From: a bacterium
GTDB taxonomy: Bacteria; J088; JAWLBW01
Length of the DNA: 64,000 nt
Direction: 5' to 3'
Assembly: GCA_041690355.1 (NCBI GenBank)
Contig: JAWLHK010000002.1
Span: forward strand, 1-64,000
The translations under genes were made by a program, and so were the position numbers. The notes below the pieces were generated by a model. That model was not told the DNA's origin. It worked only from the letters and a program-made list of their open reading frames with translations, and made no database searches. Of the stretch, positions 1 to 12,000 are shown piece after piece (positions within the stretch are counted from its first letter, which is position 1; the number at the start of each line of letters is the position of its first letter).

Positions 1-2
1 AG

Positions 3-3000
3 TCGTACACGCTGTCGTCCGCGACGAACGGCGCCTACGCGATCCGCGTGCAGTACCGCGACGCGGCAGATAACCGCACGGCCTGTCTGCCGGCGCAGAC
101 GGTGACTTTGGATAATCAGGCGCCGGCCACGCCGTCCATCTCGATCAACTACGGTGCGCCGGCGACCTCGAGCGGCATTGTCACGCTGGTCCTCTCGGCG
201 ACGGATGCCGCCGAGATGCGCGTCAGTGAAAACTCGGGCTTCAATGACGCCGCCTGGGTGCCCTACACGGCGATGCGCACGTTTACGCTTTCGGCGGGCA
301 ACGGCACCAAGACCGTCTACGCGGAATTCCGCGACGCGGCCGACAACCGGTCCCTCGTGGTCAACGACGATATCCTCCTGGATACCACCTCGATCACGAC
401 CGCTTACGTGACGATTCAGGCCGATGTGACCTCGGCAACTGAAGTCGTGGCGCAGCTGGTCGCCTCGAACGCGGACTACATGAAGGTGTCGACGCAGGCG
501 ACGCTTGCCGACGCAACGTGGGTGCCGTACACCGGTTTCACGACGGCGACCTTCACGGGTCCCGATGGCGTGAAGACGCTGTACGCCCGCTTCAAGAAGT
601 CCACGGGCATCGAGACCGAGACCGTCAGTGATACGTATGTCCTCGACACGACGAAGCCGAACTACTCGGCATTGTCGATTAATGGCGGTGCGCTCTACAC
701 GACGAGCAGCCAGGTCACGCTCAGCCTGACGGGTATCGACGAGACCTCGGGCGTCCAGTACATGTACCTGTCCGAGGATCAGACGTTTGCAACCGACACC
801 GAGCAGGGATACCAGCAGGCAGTGGTGTTCCCGCTGACCGCCGGCGCGGGTGTCAAGACCCTCTGGGTCAAGTTTGGCGACCGCGCGCGCAACTATTCCG
901 ACCCCGTTTCGGCCTGGGTCATCCTCGATACCGACGTACCGGTGGTGAGCAGCTTCCAGCTCGAAGATGTGGGCGGGACGGCGCTCGCGTCGAGCACTTC
1001 TGCCCGTGTCATCGCCCATCTGGTGGCCACGGACACCAATCCGCTGGAGATGATGCTCAGCAACCGCGCCGACTTCGCGGGGAGCTCGTGGCAGCCTTAT
1101 CAGGAATACGTACAGTGGGACCTGCCGGCTTCGGCGGATGCGAATGGAGCGGCCCGCACGGTCTACGCGAAGGTGCGTGACGCGGCCGGACGCTCCGCCG
1201 ATGCGGGCAACTGGACGGTCACCCTCGACATGCAGGGTCCGACGAGTGCCGGCATCGACATCACGCCGAGTGCGACGACGACGACCACGGTGCCGGTGAC
1301 CTACGCCTACGCGAGTGCCGATTTCGTGGAGCTGGCGGATAACGTCGGTTTCTCGGGCAGCGTGGTGCACGCGGTCTCCGCCGCCCCCGCTACCTACACC
1401 TTCGCTTCCTCGGGTGCCGGCACGAAGACCCTCTACGCGCGCTACTGGGATGCCGCGGGGAACGTGAGCGTCACGGTGGCCGACAGCGTCGTCCTCGATA
1501 CGGCGCCGCCGCAGCTCGCTTCGGCCACGATCCAGCAGGGCGACTACACGAGTTCGCCGAGCATCAACCTGACGCTTTCGGCGGTGGATGCCGCCTGGAT
1601 GTACATCGGCGAGGGCAGCTGCATCAACGGTAACGCCCCCGGGTGGGAAGCGTACGCGGAATCGAAGGCCTACGCATTCGCTTCGGCGACCGAGGAGCTG
1701 AAGACCATTTACATCCGCTTCAAGGACGCGGCCGGCAACGCCACGGCCACCTGCCTCGAGCGCACGATCACGTACGACAAGACGCCGCCTGCCGCGGTCG
1801 GCTCGCCCATCCTCGTGGATGCCGATGCGCCGTTCACCAACGTGCGCACGGTAGAGTTGACCCTCTCGGTCAGCGGCGCCAGCGAAATGATGATTTCCGA
1901 AAGCGGCTCCTTCGTCGGCGCATCCTGGCAGGAATATGCCGCTTCGCTCACGTGGAATCTGACCACGGCCGACGGCCTGAAGACCGTCTACGCACAGTTC
2001 CGCGATGACGCCGGGAACGTCTACGGGGCGGTGTCCGATCAGATCGAGCTGGATACCGCGCCCCCAGCGTTCAACGCCATGGGTGCGCCGTCGTTGACGA
2101 ATTCCACGGCCATTACCCTGCAGATTTCCGCTTCGGGCGCCGCCGAGATGCGCTTCTCCGAGAACCCGGATCTGTCGGCCGTGGCCTGGACGGCCTACGA
2201 TGCAAATCCTGCCTTCACGCTTTCGGGAGGCGACGCCGAGAAGACCGTGTACGGTCAGCTGCGCGACGCCGCGGGCAACGAATCGCTGGTCCGCTCGGTA
2301 GCCATCCGTTTCGATACAGAAGCGCCAGAGCCGGTACGCTTTGCCCTCGCTACCGCGATCACCGCGTCGCTCGATGTCGAGGCGTCTCTGGAGGCGACCG
2401 GAGCCACGCTGATGCAGATCAGTGAGAATCCGGCATTTACGAGCGTCCTGTGGCGCGAGTATTCCGCTTCTCCGCTCGTGAAGCTCGTTGCGGGTCCGGA
2501 TGGCATGCGCACGGTGTACGTGCGGTTCAGCGACGCCGCGGGCAACGTGTCGGGTGCGCTCGATGCTTCGATTCTGCTCGACCGTACCGCGCCTTCGATC
2601 ACGGACTTCCAGCTCGCGGGCGCGTCGTCCTACACCCGGACCGAGCTGGTTTACGTCACCCTGGCCGGGTCCGACGGAGACACCGTCGCCGACTACATGC
2701 TCTCGAACAACGCGGGGTTTGTCGGCGGCGCCTGGATGCCGATGACCGACACCACCTCGTGGGTGCTTGAAGCGAGCGACGGTCTGAAGAACGTCTACCT
2801 CAAGGTGCGCGACCGGGCCGGCAACCAGTCGAGTCCGTCGGTTCGGTCGATCACCCTCGATACGACGCCGCCGCAGGGAGCCTTCGTCCAGATCAATGGC
2901 GGCGCAGCGTACACGACGTTGCCGGTGGTCACGGTGGAGCCGAGTGTCAGCGGCGCAACGCACATGATGCTTTCGACCCGCACCGATTTCCAGGGCGCCA

Positions 3001-6000
3001 CCTGGGTTGGAGCGGGCGCGCCCACGGCGTTCACGTTTACGACCGAGGGCCCGAAGACCGTCTATGCCCGGTTCCGCGACGCGGCCGGCAACGTCAGCGA
3101 AACGGTTTCGACGTCGATCACGTACGACGCGACCGCACCCTCGGTCGCGACTGTGTCGCTTGATGAAGCCCCCCTCAGCAACTCGCTGTCGGTCACCGTC
3201 CGCTCGAACGTGTCTGAAGCTGCGCAGATGTGGATCAGCGACGATGCGGGCTTCGCCGTCGGCAGCTGGCAGGCCTATCTGCCCGAACGCGCATTCCCGT
3301 TGACGAGCAGTCTCGACGGCGATCGCATGCTGTACGTCAAGTACCGCGACGCGGCCGGAAACGAGGTTTCCGCGACCCCGCTTCCGATCCGGATCGACCG
3401 CACGATCCCGGCCGTGACCAGCTTCGCGCTGAACAGCGGCCTGACCCATACGCAGACGAGTGTCGTCAACGTCGCGCTCGACGCCACGGACCTGAACGGG
3501 GTCACTGACATGATGCTCGCCGAGAACAGCAGCTTCGTCGGCGGCATGTGGGAACCCTTCACGACGGCGACGGCCTGGATTCTGTCGGGTACCGACGACG
3601 ACAAGACGCTGTATCTCAAGGTACGGGATGCCGCGGGCAACGAAAGCCTCGTCTCTCAGGCGCTCATTACGCTGGATACGACGCCGCCCGCGAACCCTGC
3701 CCTGGCCATCAACGGCGGGGCTGCCTATGCAACCTCGCGCATTCTGAACCTCGCTCCGTCGGCCATCGGGGCCACGGAGATGATCGTCTCCAACCGGAGC
3801 GATTTTACGGATACGAACTGGGTCGCCTACGCCACCAGCACGACCATCGAGGTGCCCGCCGACGGCCTTCGCAACGTGTACGTCCGGTTCCGCGACGCGG
3901 CGGGGAATCTCAGTGACGTCGCCCAGGATTCGATCCAGGTCGACACGGTGTTCCCCGAAGTCGATTCCGTCCGCATCAATCAGGCGCCGGTTACGAACAG
4001 CACGGCCATTACGCTGACGCTCTCGGTGTCAGGCGCCGACCAGGTGCAGATCAGCGAATCGTCGACCTTCTCGGGCGCGACGTGGAAGTCGTTCGTCGCG
4101 AACGCTTCCCACACGCTCGCGACGGGTGCCGACGGCGTGCGCATCGTGTACGTCCGCTTCCGCGACCTGGCGGGCAACACGACCGCCGCGTCCACGGCCA
4201 GCGTTTCGATCGACCGCACCGCACCCACCGGGACCTCGATTGCCATCAACGGCGGCGCTACGCATACCGTGCAGCAGCTCGTCACCTTGACGCTGGGCGC
4301 CACCGATGCTGCCGAGATGATCCTCTCGGAGTACGACACCTTCGTCGACGCCGCCTGGGAGCCGTTCGCGCAGCAGAAGGCCTTCCTCCTCTCGTCGGCT
4401 CAGGGAACCAAGACCGTCTATGCCCGGTTCCGCGACGCGGTCGGCAATGTCTCCGGTCTCGTGCAGGCCGTCATCGAGTATGACTCCCAGGCCCCGCAGA
4501 CCCCCTCGGTATCGGTGGTCACCCCGGTCGACGGCTATGCGAACAGCGTCGTGGTGTCGCTGATTCTGTCCGCCGCCAACGCGACGTCGATGATCGTGAG
4601 CGAGAGTTCGGCATTCACCGACGCAACCTGGCAGCCGTACGCCGCGAATGTCGCGTTCACCCTCAGCAACCAACAGGGGAGCCACACCGTATATGCCATG
4701 TTCAAGGATGACGCCGGCAACGAAACGGCAATCGTTTCCGATTCGGTCATTCTCGACTCGAATGCCCCGAGCGTGTCGCAGGTCAGCATTGACGAAGGCG
4801 AGTTCGCCACGGCCGGTAACATTCACCTGACTCTGTTTGCGACCGGCGCCGACACGATGAAGATCGGCGAGACGAGCGATATGGGGTTGATTGTCAGCCA
4901 GCCGTACGCCTCGGTCACCGCTTTCGATCTGTCCGCGGGGGACGGCGTGAAGACCGTTTACGTGGAATTTGCGGATACCGCCGGCAACACCACCCCGGTT
5001 TATGCGCGGGTCATTACCCTCGATACGGTGAAGCCCGCCGCGCCCACGGTCGCTATTAACGGCGGCGCCGGCTACGCGCGCTCCCGTGTGGTCACCCTCG
5101 CGCTGGGTAGCGACGGCTCGGCGCACGAAATGATGATTTCCGAGGATCCGCTCTTCGGCGGCGCCGCGTGGCAGCTTTACAACGGCTCGCTCGCCTACAC
5201 GCTGCAGACGGCCGACGACGGCACGAAGACGGTTCACGTCCGCTACCGCGATGAAGCGGGCAATGTTTCGGATTCCGGTTCGGCCTCCATCCAGCTCGAC
5301 ACGGTCGCCCCCGAAAGCCCCTTTGTGGCCAAGGCGAACGTCCCCTACGACTACGCCAACTCGACGAGCGTGACGATGCTCCTCGGCGCTGCCGGGGCGA
5401 GCCATTACCGGCTTTCCGTGGACGGTACGTTCGACACCGAAACCTGGCAGGCGATGGGCGTGTCGCCCGTCAATGCCGTCGCGGCGGTACCTTCCGGTGA
5501 CGGGCTCAAGAACGTCTGGGCGCAGTTCAAGGATCAGGCGGGTAACGAGAGCACGATTGCGCAGACCTCGTTCTTCCTCGACACGCTGTTGCCGCAGGGC
5601 GTCGACGTCCAATTCCTGCAGGGCAGCTACTCCAAGTCCGCCACCGTCGACGTCCTGCTCACGGCCGCGGGCGCCGATTTCTACGAGCTTTCGCTCGACG
5701 GCACGTTCGATACGGAGCCGCGGCTCAACTTCCAGCCTGCCGTGCGCCTCATCCTTCCGGGGGCAGACGGACTGAAGAGCGTCTGGGTCCGCTACAGCGA
5801 TCGCGCCGACAACTTCGCCACGCCGGTTTCGGCGAGCATCGTCCTCGATCGGGCCGCTCCGGTCGTGGCCGGCGGCGGAATCGTGATCAACGACGGCGAC
5901 GCCTATGCCACGAACGCCGTGGTCGCGCTGACTTTCATGGTGTCGGGCGCTTCTGAGATGCACGTCGCGAACGACCCGAAGTTCTCGACGGGAACGTGGG

Positions 6001-9000
6001 AGCCGGTGACGACGTCGACGGCCTGGGTCCTTACGACCTTGGATGGAAACAAGACCGTACACGTCAAATTCCGCGACGAAGCGGGCAACGTGGCGGGCCC
6101 TTTCAACGACAGCATTATCCTGGATACGAGCGCCCCGTCGAACTCGGGGTTGACGCTTGCCGAGGGCGGCTATTCCAACAAGGCGTTCGTCAAGTTGAAC
6201 TGGTCGCCGAGTCACGAAGGGAACATTTTCGAATATCGTCTGTTCGTTAACGACGGATTCGGCTATTCGGGACCGGTTTCGGATTTTGCGCCCGATGCGC
6301 GCGAGGCCGTGATGATCGGCTACCGCTATTCCGACAGCTTTGCGCTCCGGTCGAAGTTCACGGACCTGACCCGGTCTGCACTGTCCCGGGCGGCTGTTGA
6401 AGACGACGAGGTGCTCGCCACGCATCCGAAGTTCATGCTCGTCGTCGACCAGGATGACGGGCAGACAACCACCGAAAATATCGTCATTCCGCAGATTGAG
6501 GCGCTGGGGTATACGCCCGACATCTGGACGGCGCCTCCGACCTGGATGGGCTCGAGCGGCTTGACGGCGGCACAGCTTGCCCAGTACCAGCTCGTTGTCT
6601 GGAATAACCCGCAGGGCTCCCTCTCGCTCGAAGATCTGAACCTGCTCGACGGTTACACGCAAGGGGGCGGCAATCTGTTCCTTATCGCACCTTCGCTCCC
6701 CTCGAACTGGGGCGGCAGCGGCCTGCAGTTTGTCGACGAGACCCTCGGCATTCTCGGGCCCGACTGGACCTCGGGCGGGGGCGGGGCGGGCGGCTCGTCT
6801 ACCACGCTCTACGGTATCGGCGAAGCCGTCGGCGACGGTGTCAGCTTCGAGCCCCAACGTATGTCCTGGGCCTGGCAGACGCCAATCCTGAAAGATACGA
6901 GCGTGGCCGCGACCCTGGCCGACACCAACGGAGCCGTCTATGGAATCCGCTCGCCCAAGTCGGGCGATGCGACCAGCCGTGTCCTCTTCCAGTCGTACCC
7001 GCTGGAGTCGCTGATGTATAGCAATACGGTCAGCACCTTCGTCGAGGTGCCCGTGAGCTGGCGCGAGCCCGGCACCGACATCGGGTGGATATACGATCAG
7101 GACCGCGCCGAGTATACCTGGTTCGACTTCGGCTTCCCGTTCTTCGGTGATTACTACACGTATACGTACTTCAACGCGAACGGAAGTCTTTCGTTCGACT
7201 ACACCTGGTACATGGATCCGAGCGCCTATACGACGCCGATTCCTTCGTCGAACATGCCCAACCGCCTCATTGCGCCCCTGCGACGTGACCTCATGTTCGG
7301 GCCGACGAGCCGGATGTACATCAACCGTCAAAGCGACGTGTTCACCATGACCTGGTCGCAGATGCAGGACTATGGCGGCGCGAATACGTCGACCGTGCAG
7401 ACGAGTCTCTTCCCCGACGGCACCATCGAGTTCACGTACGCCCAGACGACGACGGGCCCGGCCACGGTCATCGGGATCGAAGACGGAACCGGAACGCGAG
7501 GCGTGACACTCCCGGTCGAAGCGTATACCGGCCGTACGTTCCGCTATTCGATTCCGATTGACCCGGATTTCGCAGCTTATCTGCAGCGCTCGATTCGCTG
7601 GCTCTCGGCTCCCGAGGCGGTCACGAAGACTCCGGTGCCCTACGTGACGATTCTCCCGTCGGCGGTCGGCGCCACCGAGATGCAGATCTCCATCGACGGG
7701 ACCTTTGACGACGAAGAATGGATCCCTTACACCACCGAGGTTCCGAACATGGTTCTGCCGCCGGGCGGCGGTTCGCAGACCATCTACATCCGCTACCGGG
7801 ACGAAGCCGGAAACGTATCGGTGGTTTCGAGCGCCAGTTCGACGCTCGATTACATTGCACCCTCGGCAGGCTCGGTGGTGGTTGACGGCGGCGCTGCTTA
7901 CACCAAGGCGGCCGACGGCAAGGTGACCCTCACGTTGTCGGCGACCGACAGCGGTTCGGGCGTTTCCAAGGTCATCCTGTCGAGCACCGATACGTTCCCC
8001 GAATCGGCACGTCAGGACTACAAGACGTCGCTCAGCTACGTGCTCAGCAGCGCAAGTGAAGGCACCCACTGGGTCTGGGCGCGCTTCATCGACGCCGCCG
8101 ACAACTACTCCGACCCCGTTTCGACGTCCATCATCATGGACCGCACGGCGCCGACGCCCTCGTCGATCTCGATTGCCGGCGGCGTTGCGAAGACGAACGA
8201 ACGGGTGGTCACCGTTGCCTTGAGCGCGAGCGACAACTACGTCGTCGCAGAGATGCAGCTGTCCGAGTCGTCGACCTTCACGGGCGCCTCGTGGCAATCA
8301 TATGCCGAGACGGCATCCTTTACCCTGTCGAACGGCGAAGGAACCAAGCGGGTCTACGTACGCTTCCGCGATGGCGCCGGCAACGTCAGCGCCACGCTCT
8401 CCGATACGGTGGAGCTCGATCAGACCGCGCCGGAAAGCCCGTCGATCTCGATTGCCGAAGGGCAGCTCACGAACAATACGTCCGGGGTCATCGCCTGGAA
8501 CCCCGTGGCGCAGCCGGGGGTTGAGGGCTATACGGTCTACACCTGCGACAACTGGTGCGGAAACGTCGGTACGCCGATCTCGACCGTCGACGTCGACGCC
8601 GATGCCTCCTTCTGGGTCCCTGCGCTGCCGGTCAACGACTACTCGAAGGGCTACGTCGTCGTCACCCGGTATGCCGACGGCTCAACGAGCCAGGCATCTC
8701 CTGAAGCATACTTCCCCTGGCAGCCGGTCTCGCAGGGCAAACCCCTGCTTGTCGTTGACGACGATGGAGACCAGGGGGCCACCGAGCTTCTCCTGGCCGA
8801 CCTGGATGCGCTGGGGTACGCCTACGAGGTCATCGAGGTACAGCCCGGGCTCGATGGCCCGTCGCAGATGGTGCTGAACGAGTACCACGTCATTCTCTGG
8901 TCGGCGGGCAACGACCCGGCGCCGTTGACGATGAACGACGAGTATGCGCTGTACAACGTCGGGTGGGAAGATCACACCATCGTTCTGCTGGCCCCGGGCT

Positions 9001-12000
9001 ACGTCGCCAACCCCACCTATTCGTGGATGTCGAATGAGCTTCTGGGCGCCTACACCTACGGAAGTGTTCCGTCCGGCGGCGTGGTCACCGGAACGACCGA
9101 GTTTGGATTCGCGGCCGACGCCAGCTTCCGCCCGGTCTGGTCGGGAAGCAATCTGGGCGCCTTCTCGGCCTATTACGACTGGCGGATGCGCCCGATGCTG
9201 AAACGGGGTTCAGACATCGTCGCCCTCGGCACGCGCTGGTACGGCGAGAACCGCCGTACGTTCCCCATCGGCTTCAGCTATGCCGAACTGGCAACCCGCG
9301 CCGCCGGCTACGAACAGGTCCCCTACCACTGGGGGCTGACGCCGAGCGACACCGGCATCCACAGCGACGACTACGGCAAGTCGTTCCCGCTGCCGTTTAC
9401 CTTCCCGTTCTATGGTGGGTACTTCGATATCGTCAACGTGACGACCAACGGGTTCCTCTCGTTCCAGTCGCAGAATCTGAGCGCGTACAGCCCGCCGCCA
9501 TTGCCGGGCGCCGGAACTCCGAATGCCGTGCTGGCGCTGCTCTGGCGCGATCTGAACAACTACACGCTGGGCGACATCAAGTATGCCAGCTATCCCGATG
9601 CATTCACGGTGGCCTATCTCGGGGTGCCGAACTACGGAACCTCGGTCACCAACTCATTCCAGGTGACCCTGCGGCCGAACGGCGAAATTACGTACTCCTA
9701 CGCGACGGTAACGGTCAAGAACCCGACCGAAATCGGCATCGAGAACCTCGACGGTACCGAGGCGGTACGGTACGACATCGGGGCGTTGGGCCTGCCGCCG
9801 GACGGCTCGTCCTGGAGCTTCTTCTCGAAGGTGAGCGACCCGACCCGCAAGCAGTTCCTCAAGGAGTTGCTGCAGTACGGCACGCCTCCGCGGCGCGTCC
9901 GGCGAACGGAGCTGCCGACGCTGACCCTTCAATTGAATGCGGTCGGCGCGACAGAGATGCAGATCTCGACGGACGGGGTGTTCGACGACGAACCCTGGAT
10001 CGCCTATCAGGACGAGATCGAGTACACGCTGCCTGACGGCCAGGGAACCAAGTATGTCTATGTCCGGTATCGCGACGAGGCGGGCAACGAGACCGTGGTC
10101 GTCAGTGAGTACACCGTCATCGATACTGTCGCGCCGTATCCGGAGTATCCGATCATCAACAACGGCGCGCAGTATACGAATTCGCGCTTCCTGACCATTC
10201 AGACGCCTGCGACCGAGGCGACCCGGATGGCGATTTCGGAAAACTGGGATTTTGCGGGGGCCGTTTCACAGCCCTGGGCGCCCACGGCCACCTACGTGCT
10301 GAGCTCGAACGCGCAGGGATACCGGTACGTATATGTCCGGTATTACGATGATGCGGGTAACTTCACGGATCGCAACACCTACATCATCTTCGACGAAATA
10401 GCGCCTGAAAACCCGCTGTTCGCGACGGCCTCGCAGACCGTCAACGCCACCTCGCTCACTGTCTCTCTGGTAAGCAACACGCCGCGCACGGGTGAGGCCT
10501 ACTTCAACAGCTATCAGCTGAAGGGCGGCCAGTACTCAACGTGGACCAACGTTTCCTCGTCAAGCGGGGCGACACCGCCAAGCTGGTCGATCAACCTCAA
10601 CGAAGGCGAAAATCGGATCTACGTCCGAGCCAAGGACCATGCGGGGAACGTGAGCGCCGAGGATTCGATCACAATCATCCGCGATACGACGACGCCCAAC
10701 GTACCGACCGGACTTACCGCCGACAGCGGTAACGGGTTCGTGCAGCTGAACTGGACGGCGTCGACGAGCAGCGACGTCGTCTATTACAACGTCTACTACG
10801 GCATCACGAGCACGAATCTTACCGGCTCATTTGCGGCCGAAGGGCCAAGCCCCGTCGATGCGGGTCTCAAGATCGCGCAGCGCCTCAACGGTCTCACGAA
10901 TAACACCCCCTTCTACGTCGCGGTATCGGCGGTAGATCGCGTCGGTCTTGAAAGCGCTCGGACGACGGCTATCAAGGTGCTGCCCAACCCGATCACCCCG
11001 GTCGAGCTTGCATCCACGAGCGTTACCAGTGGTTTAGGCCTGAGCTACGATCATCCGTATCTGGCCCAGGTGCGCAGCACCCAGGTCGTGATCGAGGACC
11101 GTTCGGACATCGTGAATCCGCAAAGCTATCTGACGATTTCCGGTACGGATATCCGGGCGGCCCGCCTTGACTGGCCGATTGTCTATCTCGTCGATCATAT
11201 CGGCGCGGGGTCAGACTGGCTGCGCGTTTATGACGTCAGCGCGGGCACGGCATCGAACATTCAGAATCATTTCATGAGTGACGTACCGATGGCCATGAGT
11301 GTGACGGCGGGAGCGGTCGTCGTAGCCACGGCGTCGGAGTTGAAGTACTACCAGCGTTCCGCTAATGGGACCGTTTCGCTCGCGAACAGTCTTCCGCTCT
11401 CGTATTCGAACACGTCGGCTATCGCTTGCGCCCCAGGCCTTTGCCTTGTGACGCGATCAGGCACGACCTACAACATGTACGCGTATGACACGAGAAACGC
11501 CACCCCGTCGTTTTCGCTTTACGGAACGGTCAATATGGGTGCGTATTCCCGAGGCATCCGAATTGCCGGGAGTCATGCGTATGTAGCGGCTGGCACCATC
11601 GGATTGCGTATCGTCGACATCTCCAATCCGAGCAGCATGTCGGTTGTCGGCGGACTTTCGACGGCCAATGCATACTCTGTCGAGGTTCAGGGGCCGTATG
11701 CGTACGTAGGCGACCACAGCGATAAGCGTGTGACCATCGTCGACATCGGAACGCCGACCAGTGTGAGAGTCGCGGGGGTCTATGAGTGGACGACTACGTC
11801 AGCGCCCTATTCCATCGCGGTTCACGGTAACCACATGTTCGTGGGTCAAGCCGGCTACACGAAGGTGGTCGAACTCAGCAAGCCCGTTGTGGTAAGCCCG
11901 CAGACCAACTACACCGGTGCCTACACGAGCATGTTTGGCCGGCTGGCGCTGGACGGCACCTACCTGGCGAGCGGCTATATCAGCCGTTCTGAAGTTGTCG

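Noticed and set aside
4029-8297. 1422-aa antisense ORF (likewise 18409-22110+, 24870-26894-, 27759-29513-, 47268-49136-, 56668-58440-)
   Set aside because: Shadow ORFs opposite well-supported genes. R/G/V-rich, motif-free and expected from high-GC codon bias.
3-10700. DNA-level repeats in the giant ORF as DGR template/variable repeats
   Set aside because: Similarity follows protein repeats and is diverged at synonymous sites. No reverse transcriptase and no adenine-specific mismatch pair was seen.
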